DNA of 64,000 nucleotides from Escherichia coli (GTDB lineage Bacteria; Pseudomonadota; Gammaproteobacteria; Enterobacterales; Enterobacteriaceae): NCBI RefSeq assembly GCF_003018255.1, contig NZ_CP027440.1; one strand, 5' to 3'. Shown piece by piece: positions 26,292 to 36,601 of this stretch (position 1 is its first letter; each line of letters starts with the position of its first letter). The notes under the pieces were generated by a model. It saw only the letters and a program-made list of their open reading frames with translations, ran no database searches and was not told where the DNA came from. The position numbers and the translations under genes were made by a program.

Positions 26292-27629
26292 ATGAAAATT
26301 TGTCGACCACTGTGGGCTGAGGGGACATTCCTGTCTTCTCAGCAGTTTCAGCAGCAGGCCCGCTGGGAAGCGTTCAGCAATGACAGCATTGCGCAGCTTT
26401 GTATTCGCCATCCGTGGGGGATCTCAAACGTGCTCTTTGACCGGGATGCCCTGACGCTCGGAAAGCTGAAAACGCAGGCAGTACGCCTGCGTTTTGCTGA
26501 TGGTACGCTGATCGATTCAGACGTGGCGGATATTCTGCCGCCTGCCTGTGACCTGCGCACGCTGGAGGGCGGCAGCGCGATTGTTTTGCTGGCGCTGCCG
26601 CTTGCGCATGGTAACGGCGGTAATCTCGGTCAGGGCGAGCAGGCTGAAAGGCCGCTGCGCTATCGTCAGGAATGGCAAAAGGTGCAGGATATCTACGGCA
26701 GTGACAGTGAAGATATGGCCGTTGAGCGCCATGCACTGTCCCTGCGCTTTGCCCATGATAACAATCAGGATTACATCACCTGTCCGCTGGCGCGTCTGGT
26801 GCGGGATGTTCAGGGCAACTGGACGCAGGATGAGAGCTATATTCCGCCGTTACTGACGTTAAACGCCCATGACGGGCTGGTACAGCGCCTGGACACGCTG
26901 CTGTTGCAGCTACGGGCGAAGTGCCAGCGCCTGATGGCGATGCGCCGGGAAAGCAACCAGCGCATGGCGGACTTCGCCGTCGCCGATGTCTCTCTGTTCT
27001 GGCTGCTTAACGCCCTGAATTCCGCCGAGCCGGTGCTGAGCGATTTCCTGCGCTACCCGGCTGTCCACCCCGAACTGGTCTGGCGGGAGCTGGCGAGGCT
27101 TGCCGGTGCGCTGCTGACGTTTTCCCTTGAGCATAACGTCAGCGCCGTTCCGCCCTATGTCCACGAATCGCCGTCCACCGTCTTTCCGCCACTGTTCTCC
27201 CTGCTCAGCGAGCTGCTGGAAGCCAGCCTGCCGTCGCGGGTGATCGCGCTGGATCTGGCGTCCCTGCCGGGCAACCGCTGGAAAGCCGACCTGCACGATC
27301 CGCGCCTGCAGGAAGAAGCCGATTTTTACCTGTCCGTTCGTTCCTCACTGCCTGCGCATCAGGTACTGCACCAGCTACCGCTGGTCTGCAAAATCGGTGC
27401 GCCTGATGACGTCACGCTGCTTATCAACGTGGCGCTGAACGGTGTTCCACTGGTGCCACTCACCTCGGTTCCGGCGGCGCTGCCGCTGCGGCTGGAGAGC
27501 CAGTATTTTGCGCTGGATATGCACAGTGACGCGGCTAAATCGATGCTGGAGTCCGGGTGCTGCATGATTTATGCGCCGGGAACAATGGGCGACCTGAAAC
27601 CTGAACTGTTTGCGGTGCTGCGCTCATGA
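26292..27629 (+). CDS. tssK: T6SS baseplate protein TssK
   Basis: 445-aa ORF MKICRPLWAEGTFLSSQQFQQQARWEAF... (characteristic TssK N-terminal motif). Confidence 0.88.
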   Translation: MKICRPLWAEGTFLSSQQFQQQARWEAFSNDSIAQLCIRHPWGISNVLFDRDALTLGKLKTQAVRLRFADGTLIDSDVADILPPACDLRTLEGGSAIVLLALPLAHGNGGNLGQGEQAERPLRYRQEWQKVQDIYGSDSEDMAVERHALSLRFAHDNNQDYITCPLARLVRDVQGNWTQDESYIPPLLTLNAHDGLVQRLDTLLLQLRAKCQRLMAMRRESNQRMADFAVADVSLFWLLNALNSAEPVLSDFLRYPAVHPELVWRELARLAGALLTFSLEHNVSAVPPYVHESPSTVFPPLFSLLSELLEASLPSRVIALDLASLPGNRWKADLHDPRLQEEADFYLSVRSSLPAHQVLHQLPLVCKIGAPDDVTLLINVALNGVPLVPLTSVPAALPLRLESQYFALDMHSDAAKSMLESGCCMIYAPGTMGDLKPELFAVLRS

Positions 27630-28291
27630 AAAAAGAGACGGATATCAATATCGACGTGCTGCTGCGCGACACGTTTCTGACGGTGGTGGAACTGCGTCAG
27701 GGAACCACCGTGCGTCACGGTATCGAGCTGTATCGCCACTGTCAGCGGCAGGTGGAACTGGTCCGCGAACGTCTGAAAGATGCCGGATTCAGTCGGGAGA
27801 ACGTGGAGCACATAACTTACGCGCAGTGCGCCCTGCTGGACGAAACGGTGCTCAGCCGTAGTGGCATGGACGACGGTCAGGCCATCTGGATGAAAAACCC
27901 ACTCCAGTCGCATTTCTTCAACACTCTGCAGGCAGGCGAGCTGCTGTACGAACGGATGAAGCAGGTGTTGCAGGAGCCCGCCCCCGCGCAGGCAGTGCTG
28001 ACCTGCTTTCACCGTGTCCTGCTGCTGGGATTTCGCGGGCGTTATCAGGATCCGGTGGCCCCGGAGCGTGACCAGCTTATTTCGACGCTCAACGGGCTGG
28101 TCGCGCCATTTGGCGTGCTGCCGGAAACGGCGGTACTGAACGTGCCGTTATCCCCCCGTCAGCATCCTTTGCTGCATTCGCCGTTTTTCTGGCTGGTAAC
28201 GCTGACGCTGCTACTGGCCGGTGTCTGGTGGGGACTGCACCACTGGCTGAACGTGCTGGTGGATGAATTGCTGCCGCAAAGCCTGCGGTAA
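27626..28291 (+). CDS. tssL: T6SS membrane-complex protein TssL (DotU-like)
   Basis: 221 aa with a C-terminal transmembrane anchor (FFWLVTLTLLLAGVWWGLHHWL); start overlaps the tssK stop (ATGA). Confidence 0.85.
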   Translation: MKKETDINIDVLLRDTFLTVVELRQGTTVRHGIELYRHCQRQVELVRERLKDAGFSRENVEHITYAQCALLDETVLSRSGMDDGQAIWMKNPLQSHFFNTLQAGELLYERMKQVLQEPAPAQAVLTCFHRVLLLGFRGRYQDPVAPERDQLISTLNGLVAPFGVLPETAVLNVPLSPRQHPLLHSPFFWLVTLTLLLAGVWWGLHHWLNVLVDELLPQSLR

Positions 28292-28303
28292 AGGGAGCCG
28301 TGA

Positions 28304-29956
28304 GTGAGGAACACGCTGAAACAGGCCATCGTGCTGTGGGGAATGGTGTTACTGCTGGTGCTGTGGTGGGTGTTTGTCAGTCCGTCTGGCGTACTGAGAT
28401 GGGCCGGTGCAGCAGTTATCGTTCTGGCGGTTGCCGCATTGTTGATTTACCGGCGCAGGCAGACGTGGACGGAGATGACCGGCGATGCCGGGTTGTTATC
28501 GCTGCCGCCGGAAACGTACCGACAACCGGTAGTGCTGGTCTGTGGCGATATGTCAGCGCATCTGTTCACTGACAGCCCGGTCCGGCAGGTTTCAGAAGGG
28601 CTGTATCTGCATGTTCCCGATGAAGAACAGCTTGTGGCGCAGGTGGAGCGATTACTGACCCTTCGCCCGGCGTGGGCATCGCAGCTTGCCGTGGCGTATA
28701 CCGTCATGCCCGGCATGTACCGGGATACGGCGGTTCTGACCGGACAACTGCGACGGTTCGCTCACAGTATGGCGATAGTGCGTCGCCGGGCGGGCGTAAA
28801 CGTACCCTGGCTTCTCTGGAGCGGGCTGTCCGGCTCGCCGTTGCCGGAGAGAGCGAATTCACCGTGGTTTATCTGTACCGGCGGCGAAGTTCAGGTAGCA
28901 ACATCCGCAGAGACCACCATGCCCGCGCAGTGGATTGCACAATCCGGCGCACAGGAACGCAGTCAGCGACTCTCTTATCTGCTGAAAGCCGAAAGCCTGA
29001 TGCAATGGCTGGATCTGAATGTGCTGGCGGAACTGAACGGCCCGGAGGCGAAATGTCCACCACTGGCGATGGCCGTGGGGCTGGTCCCCTCGTTGCCTGC
29101 GGTGGATAACAACCTATGGCAGTTGTGGATCACCGCCAGAACCGGCCTGACGCCGGATATCGCGGACACCGGCACAGACGATGCGCTGCCATTCCCGGAT
29201 GCCCTGTTACGGCGGTTGCCGCGTCAGTCGGGCTTTACCCCGCTGCGACGGGCCTGCGTGACCATGCTGGGCGTCACCACCGTGGCGGGTATCGCCGCGC
29301 TGTGCCTGTCAGCCACGGCAAATCGCCAGTTATTACGGCAGGTCGGTGACGATCTGCACCGGTTTTATGCCGTCCCGGTGGAGGAATTTATCACCAAAGC
29401 CCGTCACCTGTCGGTGCTGAAAGACGATGCGACCATGCTCGATGGGTATTACCGGGAAGGAGAACCACTGCGCCTCGGTCTGGGGTTATACCCCGGCGAA
29501 CGCATCCGCCAGCCGGTATTACGCACCATTCGCGACTGGCGTCCGCCTGAACAAAAAATGGAGGTGACGGCTTCGCTTCAGGTTCAGACCGTGCGTCTTG
29601 ACAGTATGTCGCTGTTTGACGTCGGACAGGCCCGCCTGAAAGACGGCTCGACAAAAGTGCTGGTGGACGCACTGGTGAACATCCGGGCAAAACCGGGCTG
29701 GCTGATCCTCGTGGCCGGATATACCGACGCCACCGGCGACGAAAAAAGCAATCAGCAGTTATCGCTGCGACGTGCCGAAGCGGTGCGTAACTGGATGCTG
29801 CAGACCAGCGACATCCCGGCCACCTGTTTTGCCGTACAGGGACTGGGTGAGAGCCAGCCTGCGGCGACCAACGATACGCCACTGGGCAGGGCAGTCAACC
29901 GGCGCGTCGAAATCAGTCTTGTTCCGCGTTCTGACGCCTGTCAGGACGTGAAATAA
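28304..29956 (+). CDS. tagL: TagL-like T6SS accessory protein: polytopic inner-membrane protein with C-terminal OmpA/MotB peptidoglycan-binding domain
   Basis: GTG start. Three hydrophobic segments, then a C-terminal OmpA-like motif (LILVAGYTDATGDEKSNQQLSLRRAEAVRNWM...NRRVEISLVP). Confidence 0.75.
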   Translation: MRNTLKQAIVLWGMVLLLVLWWVFVSPSGVLRWAGAAVIVLAVAALLIYRRRQTWTEMTGDAGLLSLPPETYRQPVVLVCGDMSAHLFTDSPVRQVSEGLYLHVPDEEQLVAQVERLLTLRPAWASQLAVAYTVMPGMYRDTAVLTGQLRRFAHSMAIVRRRAGVNVPWLLWSGLSGSPLPERANSPWFICTGGEVQVATSAETTMPAQWIAQSGAQERSQRLSYLLKAESLMQWLDLNVLAELNGPEAKCPPLAMAVGLVPSLPAVDNNLWQLWITARTGLTPDIADTGTDDALPFPDALLRRLPRQSGFTPLRRACVTMLGVTTVAGIAALCLSATANRQLLRQVGDDLHRFYAVPVEEFITKARHLSVLKDDATMLDGYYREGEPLRLGLGLYPGERIRQPVLRTIRDWRPPEQKMEVTASLQVQTVRLDSMSLFDVGQARLKDGSTKVLVDALVNIRAKPGWLILVAGYTDATGDEKSNQQLSLRRAEAVRNWMLQTSDIPATCFAVQGLGESQPAATNDTPLGRAVNRRVEISLVPRSDACQDVK

Positions 29957-30013
29957 AACATACCGCCGGAAGAAGGCGGTGCTTCAATCACACTAACAAG
30001 GAGAGTAATTCTC

Positions 30014-30505
30014 ATGGCTATTCCTGCTTATCTCTGGCTGAAAGATGACGGCGGCGCAGATATCAAAGGTTCCGTGGACGTTCAGGGGCGCGAAGGCAGC
30101 ATCGAAGTGGTGGCGTTGGATCACGATGTGTACATCCCGACCGACAACAACACCGGCAAACTGACCGGTACCCGTACTCACAAGCCCTTTACGTTTACCA
30201 AAGAAATCGATGCGTCCAGTCCGTATCTCTACAAAGCTGTGACCACCGGTCAGACCCTGAAAACGGCAGAATTTAAGTTTTACCGCATCAACGATGCCGG
30301 TCAGGAAGTGGAGTACTTCAACATCACGCTTGATAACGTCAAGCTGGTCAGAGTCGCTCCGCTGATGCACGACATCAAGGATCCTTCCAGAGAGAAGCAT
30401 AACCACCTGGAACGTATTGAGTTCCGCTACGAGAAAATCACCTGGACTTACAAAGACGGCAACATCATTCATTCCGACTCGTGGAATGAGCGTCCTTCCG
30501 CCTGA
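30014..30505 (+). CDS. hcp: T6SS inner tube protein Hcp (TssD)
   Basis: 163-aa ORF MAIPAYLWLKDDGGADIKGSVDVQGREGSIEVVALDHDVYIPTD...; classic Hcp. Confidence 0.93.
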   Translation: MAIPAYLWLKDDGGADIKGSVDVQGREGSIEVVALDHDVYIPTDNNTGKLTGTRTHKPFTFTKEIDASSPYLYKAVTTGQTLKTAEFKFYRINDAGQEVEYFNITLDNVKLVRVAPLMHDIKDPSREKHNHLERIEFRYEKITWTYKDGNIIHSDSWNERPSA

Positions 30506-30512
30506 TAACTGC

Positions 30513-30539
30513 GGCAGACAGGAAACTGTCTGCCTTTTT
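30513..30539 (+). terminator. Intrinsic terminator / attenuator immediately after hcp
   Basis: GGCAGACAG-gaaa-CTGTCTGCC followed by TTTTT, 8 nt after the hcp stop. Confidence 0.8.
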
Positions 30540-30696
30540 GTTGTGTGCTTTGTCCAGTGCCGCAGGCACCGGTACTGAGCAAAGCATACCCACAATCTGG
30601 TGAAACCTGATGGGCCTGTGTGAGGTAACGGCTATGGGCGGTAGCGTGCCTGAACGCGGATCGCAGGAATACAGAACACGATAAGGAAACCCTTCT

Positions 30697-33342
30697 ATGA
30701 CAGGAAATCACCCCGCCGCGCTGCTGCGTCGCCTTAACCCATACTGTGCACGGGCGTTGGACGCTGCCGCCTCACTGTGTCAGACCCGCGCCCATGCGGA
30801 GATAACCATTGAACACTGGCTGCTGAAACTGCTGGAGCAGGGAGAAGGCGATATCACGGTGATTGCCCGTCGCTATGAATGGGATATCGACACGCTCTGG
30901 CAGTCTCTGCTGGCGCATCTGGACACCTTACCCCGCTCGGTCCGCGAACGTCCTCAACTTTCTGAACCGCTGGCAGCGCTTATCAGACAGGCGTGGCTGA
31001 TAGCGTCACTGGAAGGTGACGATCCACAAATCCGCAGCCAGCACCTGCTGATGGCGCTGACAGAAAAACCGATGCTGCCCGCCTGTAATGACCTGTGGGT
31101 ATTGCTGAGTCTGAGCCGCGTGCAGCTTGAGCGGCTGCATCCCCTGCTGGATGCGCAGTCGGATGAATGTCCGGCACGTCAGCCACAGGTCACCGAACCG
31201 CTGACATCCGCGCAACCAGAGTCGGCAACGACGGACGTACCGGCAAAAACGCTGACGGGGAAACAGGATGACGCCCTGCTGGCGGTGCTTAACCGCTTTA
31301 CCGAAGACGTGACGGAAAAAGCCCGTAGCGGGCGAATCGACCCAGTATTCGGGCGCGACACCGAAATTCGCCAGATGGTCGATATCCTCTCCCGTCGCCG
31401 CAAAAACAACCCGATTCTGGTGGGAGAACCGGGGGTGGGCAAAACCGCACTGGTGGAAGGGCTGGCGCTGCGTATCGCCGAAGGCAACGTGCCCGACAGC
31501 CTGAAAACGGTGCATATCCGCACGCTGGACCTCGGTCTGTTACAGGCTGGCGCGGGTGTTAAAGGTGAATTTGAGCAGCGACTGAAAAACGTGATTGATG
31601 CAGCACAGAAATCGCCGGAGCCGGTACTGCTGTTTATTGATGAAGCCCATACCATTATCGGCGCGGGTAACCAGGCTGGCGGCGCGGATGCGGCGAACCT
31701 GCTGAAACCGGCACTGGCAAGGGGCGAACTGCGCACCATCGCGGCGACCACGTGGAGCGAATACAAACAGTATTTTGAGCGCGACGCCGCGCTGGAGCGC
31801 CGCTTCCAGATGGTTAAGGTTGACGAGCCGGATGATGACACCGCCTGTCTGATGCTGCGGGGACTGAAGGCCCGTTATGCACAGCACCACGGCGTGCATA
31901 TGCTGGACAGCGCCATTCAGACCGCCGTGCGCCTGTCGCGCCGCTATCTGACCGGACGCCAGCTGCCGGACAAGGCGGTTGATTTGCTGGATACCGCCGG
32001 AGCAAGAGTCCGCATGAGCCTCGACACCCTGCCGGAGCCGCTGACGCAGCTTCATGCGCGACTGGCGGCGCTGGATATCGAGCGGGAGGCGATTGAGCAG
32101 GACAGCGTGTTTTATCCCGAAACCAGCCCGGAGCGGCTGGCAGAACTGACCGATTTGCGTGATGAGCTGCAGGCAGAAGCCGGGCATCTGGAAGCGCAGT
32201 ATCAGCAGGAAAAGGCACTGGTGCAGCAGATTATGACGTTGCGTCAGGAAGGAACAGACAGCTCTGAACTGCAACAGCAACTGCGGACGCATCAGGGCTT
32301 TGCACCGCTGCTGGCGCTGGATGTGGACGCCCGCGCCGTCGCCACGGTGGTGGCGGACTGGACTGGCATCCCGCTCTCTTCCCTGCTCAAGGACGAGCAG
32401 AGCGACCTGCTCAGTATGGAACAGAGCCTTGAAAACCGCGTTGTCGGGCAACGCCCGGCGCTCTGCGCCATCGCACAGCGGTTGCGGGCGGCTAAAACCG
32501 GCCTCACGCCGGAGAACGGCCCACAGGGGGTATTCCTGCTGACCGGCCCCAGCGGCACCGGTAAAACCGAAACTGCGCTCACACTGGCCGACACCCTGTT
32601 TGGCGGTGAAAAATCTCTTATCACCATCAACCTCTCCGAATATCAGGAGCCGCATACCGTCTCCCAGCTTAAGGGGTCTCCTCCGGGCTACGTTGGCTAC
32701 GGTCAGGGCGGCGTACTTACCGAAGCCGTTCGCAAACGCCCGTACAGCGTGGTGTTGCTCGACGAAGTGGAAAAGGCGCACCGCGACGTAATGAACCTGT
32801 TCTATCAGGTATTTGACCGGGGTTTTATGCGCGACGGCGAAGGCCGGGAAATTGACTTCCGCAACACCGTGATTCTGATGACGGCTAATCTGGGCAGCGA
32901 CCACATCATGCAACTGCTGGAGGAAAAACCGGACGCCACGGACGCAGACCTGCATGAACTGCTGTATCCCCTGCTGCGCGAGCACTTCCAGCCTGCACTG
33001 ATGGCGCGTTTTCAGACGGTGATTTACCGCCCGCTGGGACAGGAGGCGATGCGCACCATTGTGGAAATGAAACTGGCGCAGGTGGTTCGTCGTCTTCATC
33101 AGCACTATGGGCTGGAAACGGAAATCAACGACAGCCTGTATGACGCGCTGACCGCCGCCTGCCTGCTGCCGGACACCGGTGCACGCAATATCGACAGCCT
33201 GTTGAACCAGCAAATCCTGCCGGTACTAAGTCAGCAGTTGCTGGCACAGCAGGCCGCGCACCGTAAACCAGCCCAACTACGGCTTGGCTGGGATGAGGAA
33301 GACGGGATTGTACTGGAGTTCGCTACGGAAGAGATGCAATAA
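30697..33342 (+). CDS. clpV: T6SS AAA+ ATPase ClpV (TssH)
   Basis: 881 aa with two Walker A motifs (GEPGVGKTA and GPSGTGKTE) and a Clp N-domain. Confidence 0.93.
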   Translation: MTGNHPAALLRRLNPYCARALDAAASLCQTRAHAEITIEHWLLKLLEQGEGDITVIARRYEWDIDTLWQSLLAHLDTLPRSVRERPQLSEPLAALIRQAWLIASLEGDDPQIRSQHLLMALTEKPMLPACNDLWVLLSLSRVQLERLHPLLDAQSDECPARQPQVTEPLTSAQPESATTDVPAKTLTGKQDDALLAVLNRFTEDVTEKARSGRIDPVFGRDTEIRQMVDILSRRRKNNPILVGEPGVGKTALVEGLALRIAEGNVPDSLKTVHIRTLDLGLLQAGAGVKGEFEQRLKNVIDAAQKSPEPVLLFIDEAHTIIGAGNQAGGADAANLLKPALARGELRTIAATTWSEYKQYFERDAALERRFQMVKVDEPDDDTACLMLRGLKARYAQHHGVHMLDSAIQTAVRLSRRYLTGRQLPDKAVDLLDTAGARVRMSLDTLPEPLTQLHARLAALDIEREAIEQDSVFYPETSPERLAELTDLRDELQAEAGHLEAQYQQEKALVQQIMTLRQEGTDSSELQQQLRTHQGFAPLLALDVDARAVATVVADWTGIPLSSLLKDEQSDLLSMEQSLENRVVGQRPALCAIAQRLRAAKTGLTPENGPQGVFLLTGPSGTGKTETALTLADTLFGGEKSLITINLSEYQEPHTVSQLKGSPPGYVGYGQGGVLTEAVRKRPYSVVLLDEVEKAHRDVMNLFYQVFDRGFMRDGEGREIDFRNTVILMTANLGSDHIMQLLEEKPDATDADLHELLYPLLREHFQPALMARFQTVIYRPLGQEAMRTIVEMKLAQVVRRLHQHYGLETEINDSLYDALTAACLLPDTGARNIDSLLNQQILPVLSQQLLAQQAAHRKPAQLRLGWDEEDGIVLEFATEEMQ

Positions 33343-33353
33343 CGGAGGCTTTT

Positions 33354-35834
33354 ATGGGTATTCAGAATTTCGACCACTCACACCACAAGCTCAAAATTCG
33401 CGGCCTGAAAAGCCCGGTGGACGTGCTGACGTTTACGGGCCGGGAACAACTCAGCGCACCCTTCCGCTACGACATTGAATTTACCAGTACCGATAAAACC
33501 ATCGAGCCGGAGTCGGTGCTGATGCAGGATGGCGCATTCAGCCTGACGGCACCGCCGGTACAGGGAATGCCGGTACAGACTGCCCTGCGCACCCTGCACG
33601 GCGTCATTACCGGCTTTAAACATCTCTCATCGTCACAGGACGAAGCCCGTTACGAAGTGCGCCTTGAACCCCGTATGGCGCTGCTTACCCGCAGCCGCCA
33701 GAACGCCATCTACCAGAACCAGACGGTGCCGCAAATCGTCGAAAAAATCCTGCGCGAGCGGCACCAGATGCGCGGTCAGGACTTCGTGTTTAACCTCAAA
33801 AGCGAATACCCGTCCCGTGAACAGGTGATGCAGTACGGTGAGGACGACCTGACGTTTATTTCACGCCTGCTGTCAGAAGTGGGTATCTGGTTCCGCTTTG
33901 CCACCGACGCCCGGTTGAAAATCGAAGTTATCGAATTTTACGACGACCAGAGCGGCTACGAGCGCGGGCTGACGCTGCCGCTTCGCCATCCTTCTGGGCT
34001 GTTTGATGGTGAAACGGAAGCCGTATGGGGGCTGAACACCGCGTACAGCGTGGTGGAAAAAAGTGTCTCCACGCGGGACTACAACTACCGTGAAGCCACG
34101 GCGGAAATGACCACAGGCCAGCATGACGCCACCGGGGGCGATAACACCACTTACGGCGAAGCCTACCACTATGCCGACAACTTCCTGCAACAAGGCGATA
34201 AAGAGGCAGCGGAAAGCGGCGCGTTTTATGCCCGTATCCGTCACGAACGCTACCTGAATGAACAGGCCATTCTCAAAGGCCAGAGCACCAGTTCACTGCT
34301 GATGCCGGGGCTGGAGATAAAAGTTCAGGGCGACGACGCGCCTGCGGTGTTCCGCAAGGGCGTGCTGATTACCGGCGTGACGACCAGCGCGGCGCGTGAC
34401 CGCAGCTATGAGCTGACGTTCACGGCGATACCGTACTCAGAGCGCTACGGCTACCGTCCGGCGCTTATCCCCCGCCCGGTCATGGCCGGAACGCTCCCGG
34501 CGCGGGTCACCAGCACGGTGAAGAACGATATCTATGCCCATATCGACAAAGACGGGCGCTACCGGGTCAACCTCGATTTTGACCGCGATACGTGGAAACC
34601 GGGTTATGAGAGCCTGTGGGTACGCCAGTCGCGCCCGTATGCGGGAGACACCTACGGCCTGCATCTGCCGCTGCTGGCGGGAACGGAGGTCAGCATCGCG
34701 TTTGAGGAAGGCAACCCGGACCGACCGTATATCGCCGGGGTAAAGCACGACTCGGCGCACACCGACCATGTGACCATCCAGAACTACAAGCGTAACGTGC
34801 TGCGCACCCCAGCAAACAACAAAATCCGCCTCGACGATGAGCGCGGCAAAGAGCATATCAAGGTCAGTACCGAGTACGGCGGCAAGAGCCAGCTAAACCT
34901 CGGCCATCTGGTGGATGCCGGGAAACAGCAGCGCGGCGAAGGCTTTGAACTGCGTACCGATATGTGGGGCGCAGTGCGGGCGAAGAAAGGCATCTTTATC
35001 AGCGCCGATGCGCAGGACAAGGCTCAGGGTCAGGTGCGGGAAATGGCTCCGGCAATGGCAATACTGGATGGCGCACAGTCACAGATGAAGTCGCTGTCCA
35101 CTGATGCGCAGACGGCGAATGCCGATCCGGCAGATCTGTCATCACAGATAGCGCTGTTGCAGCAGAGTGTAAAAGATCTGACGCAGGCGGTGATCCTGCT
35201 AAGCGCACCCAAAGGCGTGGCGATCGCCAGCGGCGAGCACCTGCAACTGGCGGCGGCAAAGAATGTGATAGCCAACGCAGGCAACAACGCCGATGTCGGC
35301 GTGGTGAAAAATATGTTTATCGGCGTGGGACAGGCGCTGAGCGTGTTTGTGCGTAAAGCGGGCATCAAGCTGTTTGCCAATAAGGGCGCAATCTCGGTGC
35401 AGGCGCAGAACGACTTGATGGAACTGTTGGCGAAGAAGGAAATCATCATTACCAGTACCGAAGATGAAATTAAAATCACGGCGAAGAAAAAGATCACCCT
35501 TAACGGCGGTGGCAGCTACATCCGGCTGGATGCCTGTGGGATAGAAGCGGGAACGCCGGGAGAATATAACGTTAAGGCGGGATATTATGGGCGTAAGCCG
35601 AAGGCGAAGCTGACGCCGGAGCTGATGGCGTTTCCGGTGATTGAGGGTGGAGACTATTCTCGCTGTTTTAAATTTTTTGATGACGAAAATATCCCATATC
35701 GTAATGTTAAGTATATAGCCAATTTTATTGATGGAACAAAAAAGGAAGGTGTCACTGATGATGAGGGATGCACCGAAACATTTTTTAGTGATAAAGAAGA
35801 AGAAATTGAAATTGAGATTTTACTTGGTGTTTAA
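33354..35834 (+). CDS. vgrG: T6SS spike protein VgrG (TssI) with C-terminal extension
   Basis: 826 aa; N-terminus MGIQNFDHSHHKLKIRGLKSPVDVLTFTGREQLSAPFRYDIEF is typical VgrG. The last roughly 65 codons lie in AT-rich DNA continuous with the downstream cassette. Confidence 0.92.
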   Translation: MGIQNFDHSHHKLKIRGLKSPVDVLTFTGREQLSAPFRYDIEFTSTDKTIEPESVLMQDGAFSLTAPPVQGMPVQTALRTLHGVITGFKHLSSSQDEARYEVRLEPRMALLTRSRQNAIYQNQTVPQIVEKILRERHQMRGQDFVFNLKSEYPSREQVMQYGEDDLTFISRLLSEVGIWFRFATDARLKIEVIEFYDDQSGYERGLTLPLRHPSGLFDGETEAVWGLNTAYSVVEKSVSTRDYNYREATAEMTTGQHDATGGDNTTYGEAYHYADNFLQQGDKEAAESGAFYARIRHERYLNEQAILKGQSTSSLLMPGLEIKVQGDDAPAVFRKGVLITGVTTSAARDRSYELTFTAIPYSERYGYRPALIPRPVMAGTLPARVTSTVKNDIYAHIDKDGRYRVNLDFDRDTWKPGYESLWVRQSRPYAGDTYGLHLPLLAGTEVSIAFEEGNPDRPYIAGVKHDSAHTDHVTIQNYKRNVLRTPANNKIRLDDERGKEHIKVSTEYGGKSQLNLGHLVDAGKQQRGEGFELRTDMWGAVRAKKGIFISADAQDKAQGQVREMAPAMAILDGAQSQMKSLSTDAQTANADPADLSSQIALLQQSVKDLTQAVILLSAPKGVAIASGEHLQLAAAKNVIANAGNNADVGVVKNMFIGVGQALSVFVRKAGIKLFANKGAISVQAQNDLMELLAKKEIIITSTEDEIKITAKKKITLNGGGSYIRLDACGIEAGTPGEYNVKAGYYGRKPKAKLTPELMAFPVIEGGDYSRCFKFFDDENIPYRNVKYIANFIDGTKKEGVTDDEGCTETFFSDKEEEIEIEILLGV

Positions 35835-35866
35835 AAATACTACCCTTAATTATTAAAGAGAAAAAA

Positions 35867-36601
35867 ATGAGCAAAAATGTAATATTAAGTAATGGGGAAA
35901 GAGAAAATCCTTCTCCGCTGATCTATGACAAGCATAAAAAGCACTGTATTTTTCGTACAAAGACATTACTTAGTGAAGAGAAAAAAGAAGACGAAAAATG
36001 TACTGTATCAGTTGTATTTATTGATCATGAGGGGTATATAAGAAATGCTGGAATTATAAAACACACAGTCCCTGAACTTGAAGAAGGTCGCATGCCTAAA
36101 ATTAATGCAATAATATTGCATAGAACAGATTCTTCAACAATAAATGGTACACTTGCTAGTTTTTCTAAAGGCATTGGAACTCATTTTATTGTTGAAAAAG
36201 ATGGTAATATATACCAGGCTGCAAGCCTATTTGTATATACCAGCCATGTGGGGAAGATAAAGTCTCGATGTAAGGAGGAAAAAACATGGTCGTCTGAAGA
36301 AAAAAAGAAAACAGAGGCATTCGGATGGAATGCTAAGAAGATACATGATCATGAAAAAATTAAACAATATCCTTATAGATATCCATATAATATGGACAGT
36401 GTTGGCATTGAGGTTATTGCATTATATGATAAAAAAAATAAAAAATGGGAGTCTGCTACAGACTCTCAAAAAAAATCAATTGAGAAACTTGTAGATATAA
36501 TAAAAAATATTTATGAGTTAGAAGATAGGGATGTTTATGAACATGATAAAATTAGTTATAAAACAGAAGGTGAAGGCGCTGATCTCTATAGTGTTAATTA
36601 A
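35867..36601 (+). CDS. Candidate T6SS cargo effector: Amidase_2 (N-acetylmuramoyl-L-alanine amidase / PGRP-fold) protein
   Basis: 244 aa with no signal peptide, in an AT-rich cassette just 3' of vgrG. Motifs align to T7-lysozyme/AmpD-type zinc amidases: IILHRTDS, GIGTHFIVEKDGNIYQ, NMDSVGIEV, YEHDKIS. Confidence 0.65.
   Translation: MSKNVILSNGERENPSPLIYDKHKKHCIFRTKTLLSEEKKEDEKCTVSVVFIDHEGYIRNAGIIKHTVPELEEGRMPKINAIILHRTDSSTINGTLASFSKGIGTHFIVEKDGNIYQAASLFVYTSHVGKIKSRCKEEKTWSSEEKKKTEAFGWNAKKIHDHEKIKQYPYRYPYNMDSVGIEVIALYDKKNKKWESATDSQKKSIEKLVDIIKNIYELEDRDVYEHDKISYKTEGEGADLYSVN

Noticed and set aside
31540-33213. 557-aa minus-strand ORF
   Set aside because: Antisense to clpV in GC-rich DNA where long stop-free frames arise by chance; no recognisable domain.
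35867-36601. Amidase_2 protein as a prophage endolysin remnant rather than a T6SS effector
   Set aside because: There is no holin or other phage gene nearby, and it sits directly 3' of vgrG with a signal-peptide partner. The effector reading is kept but remains unproven.
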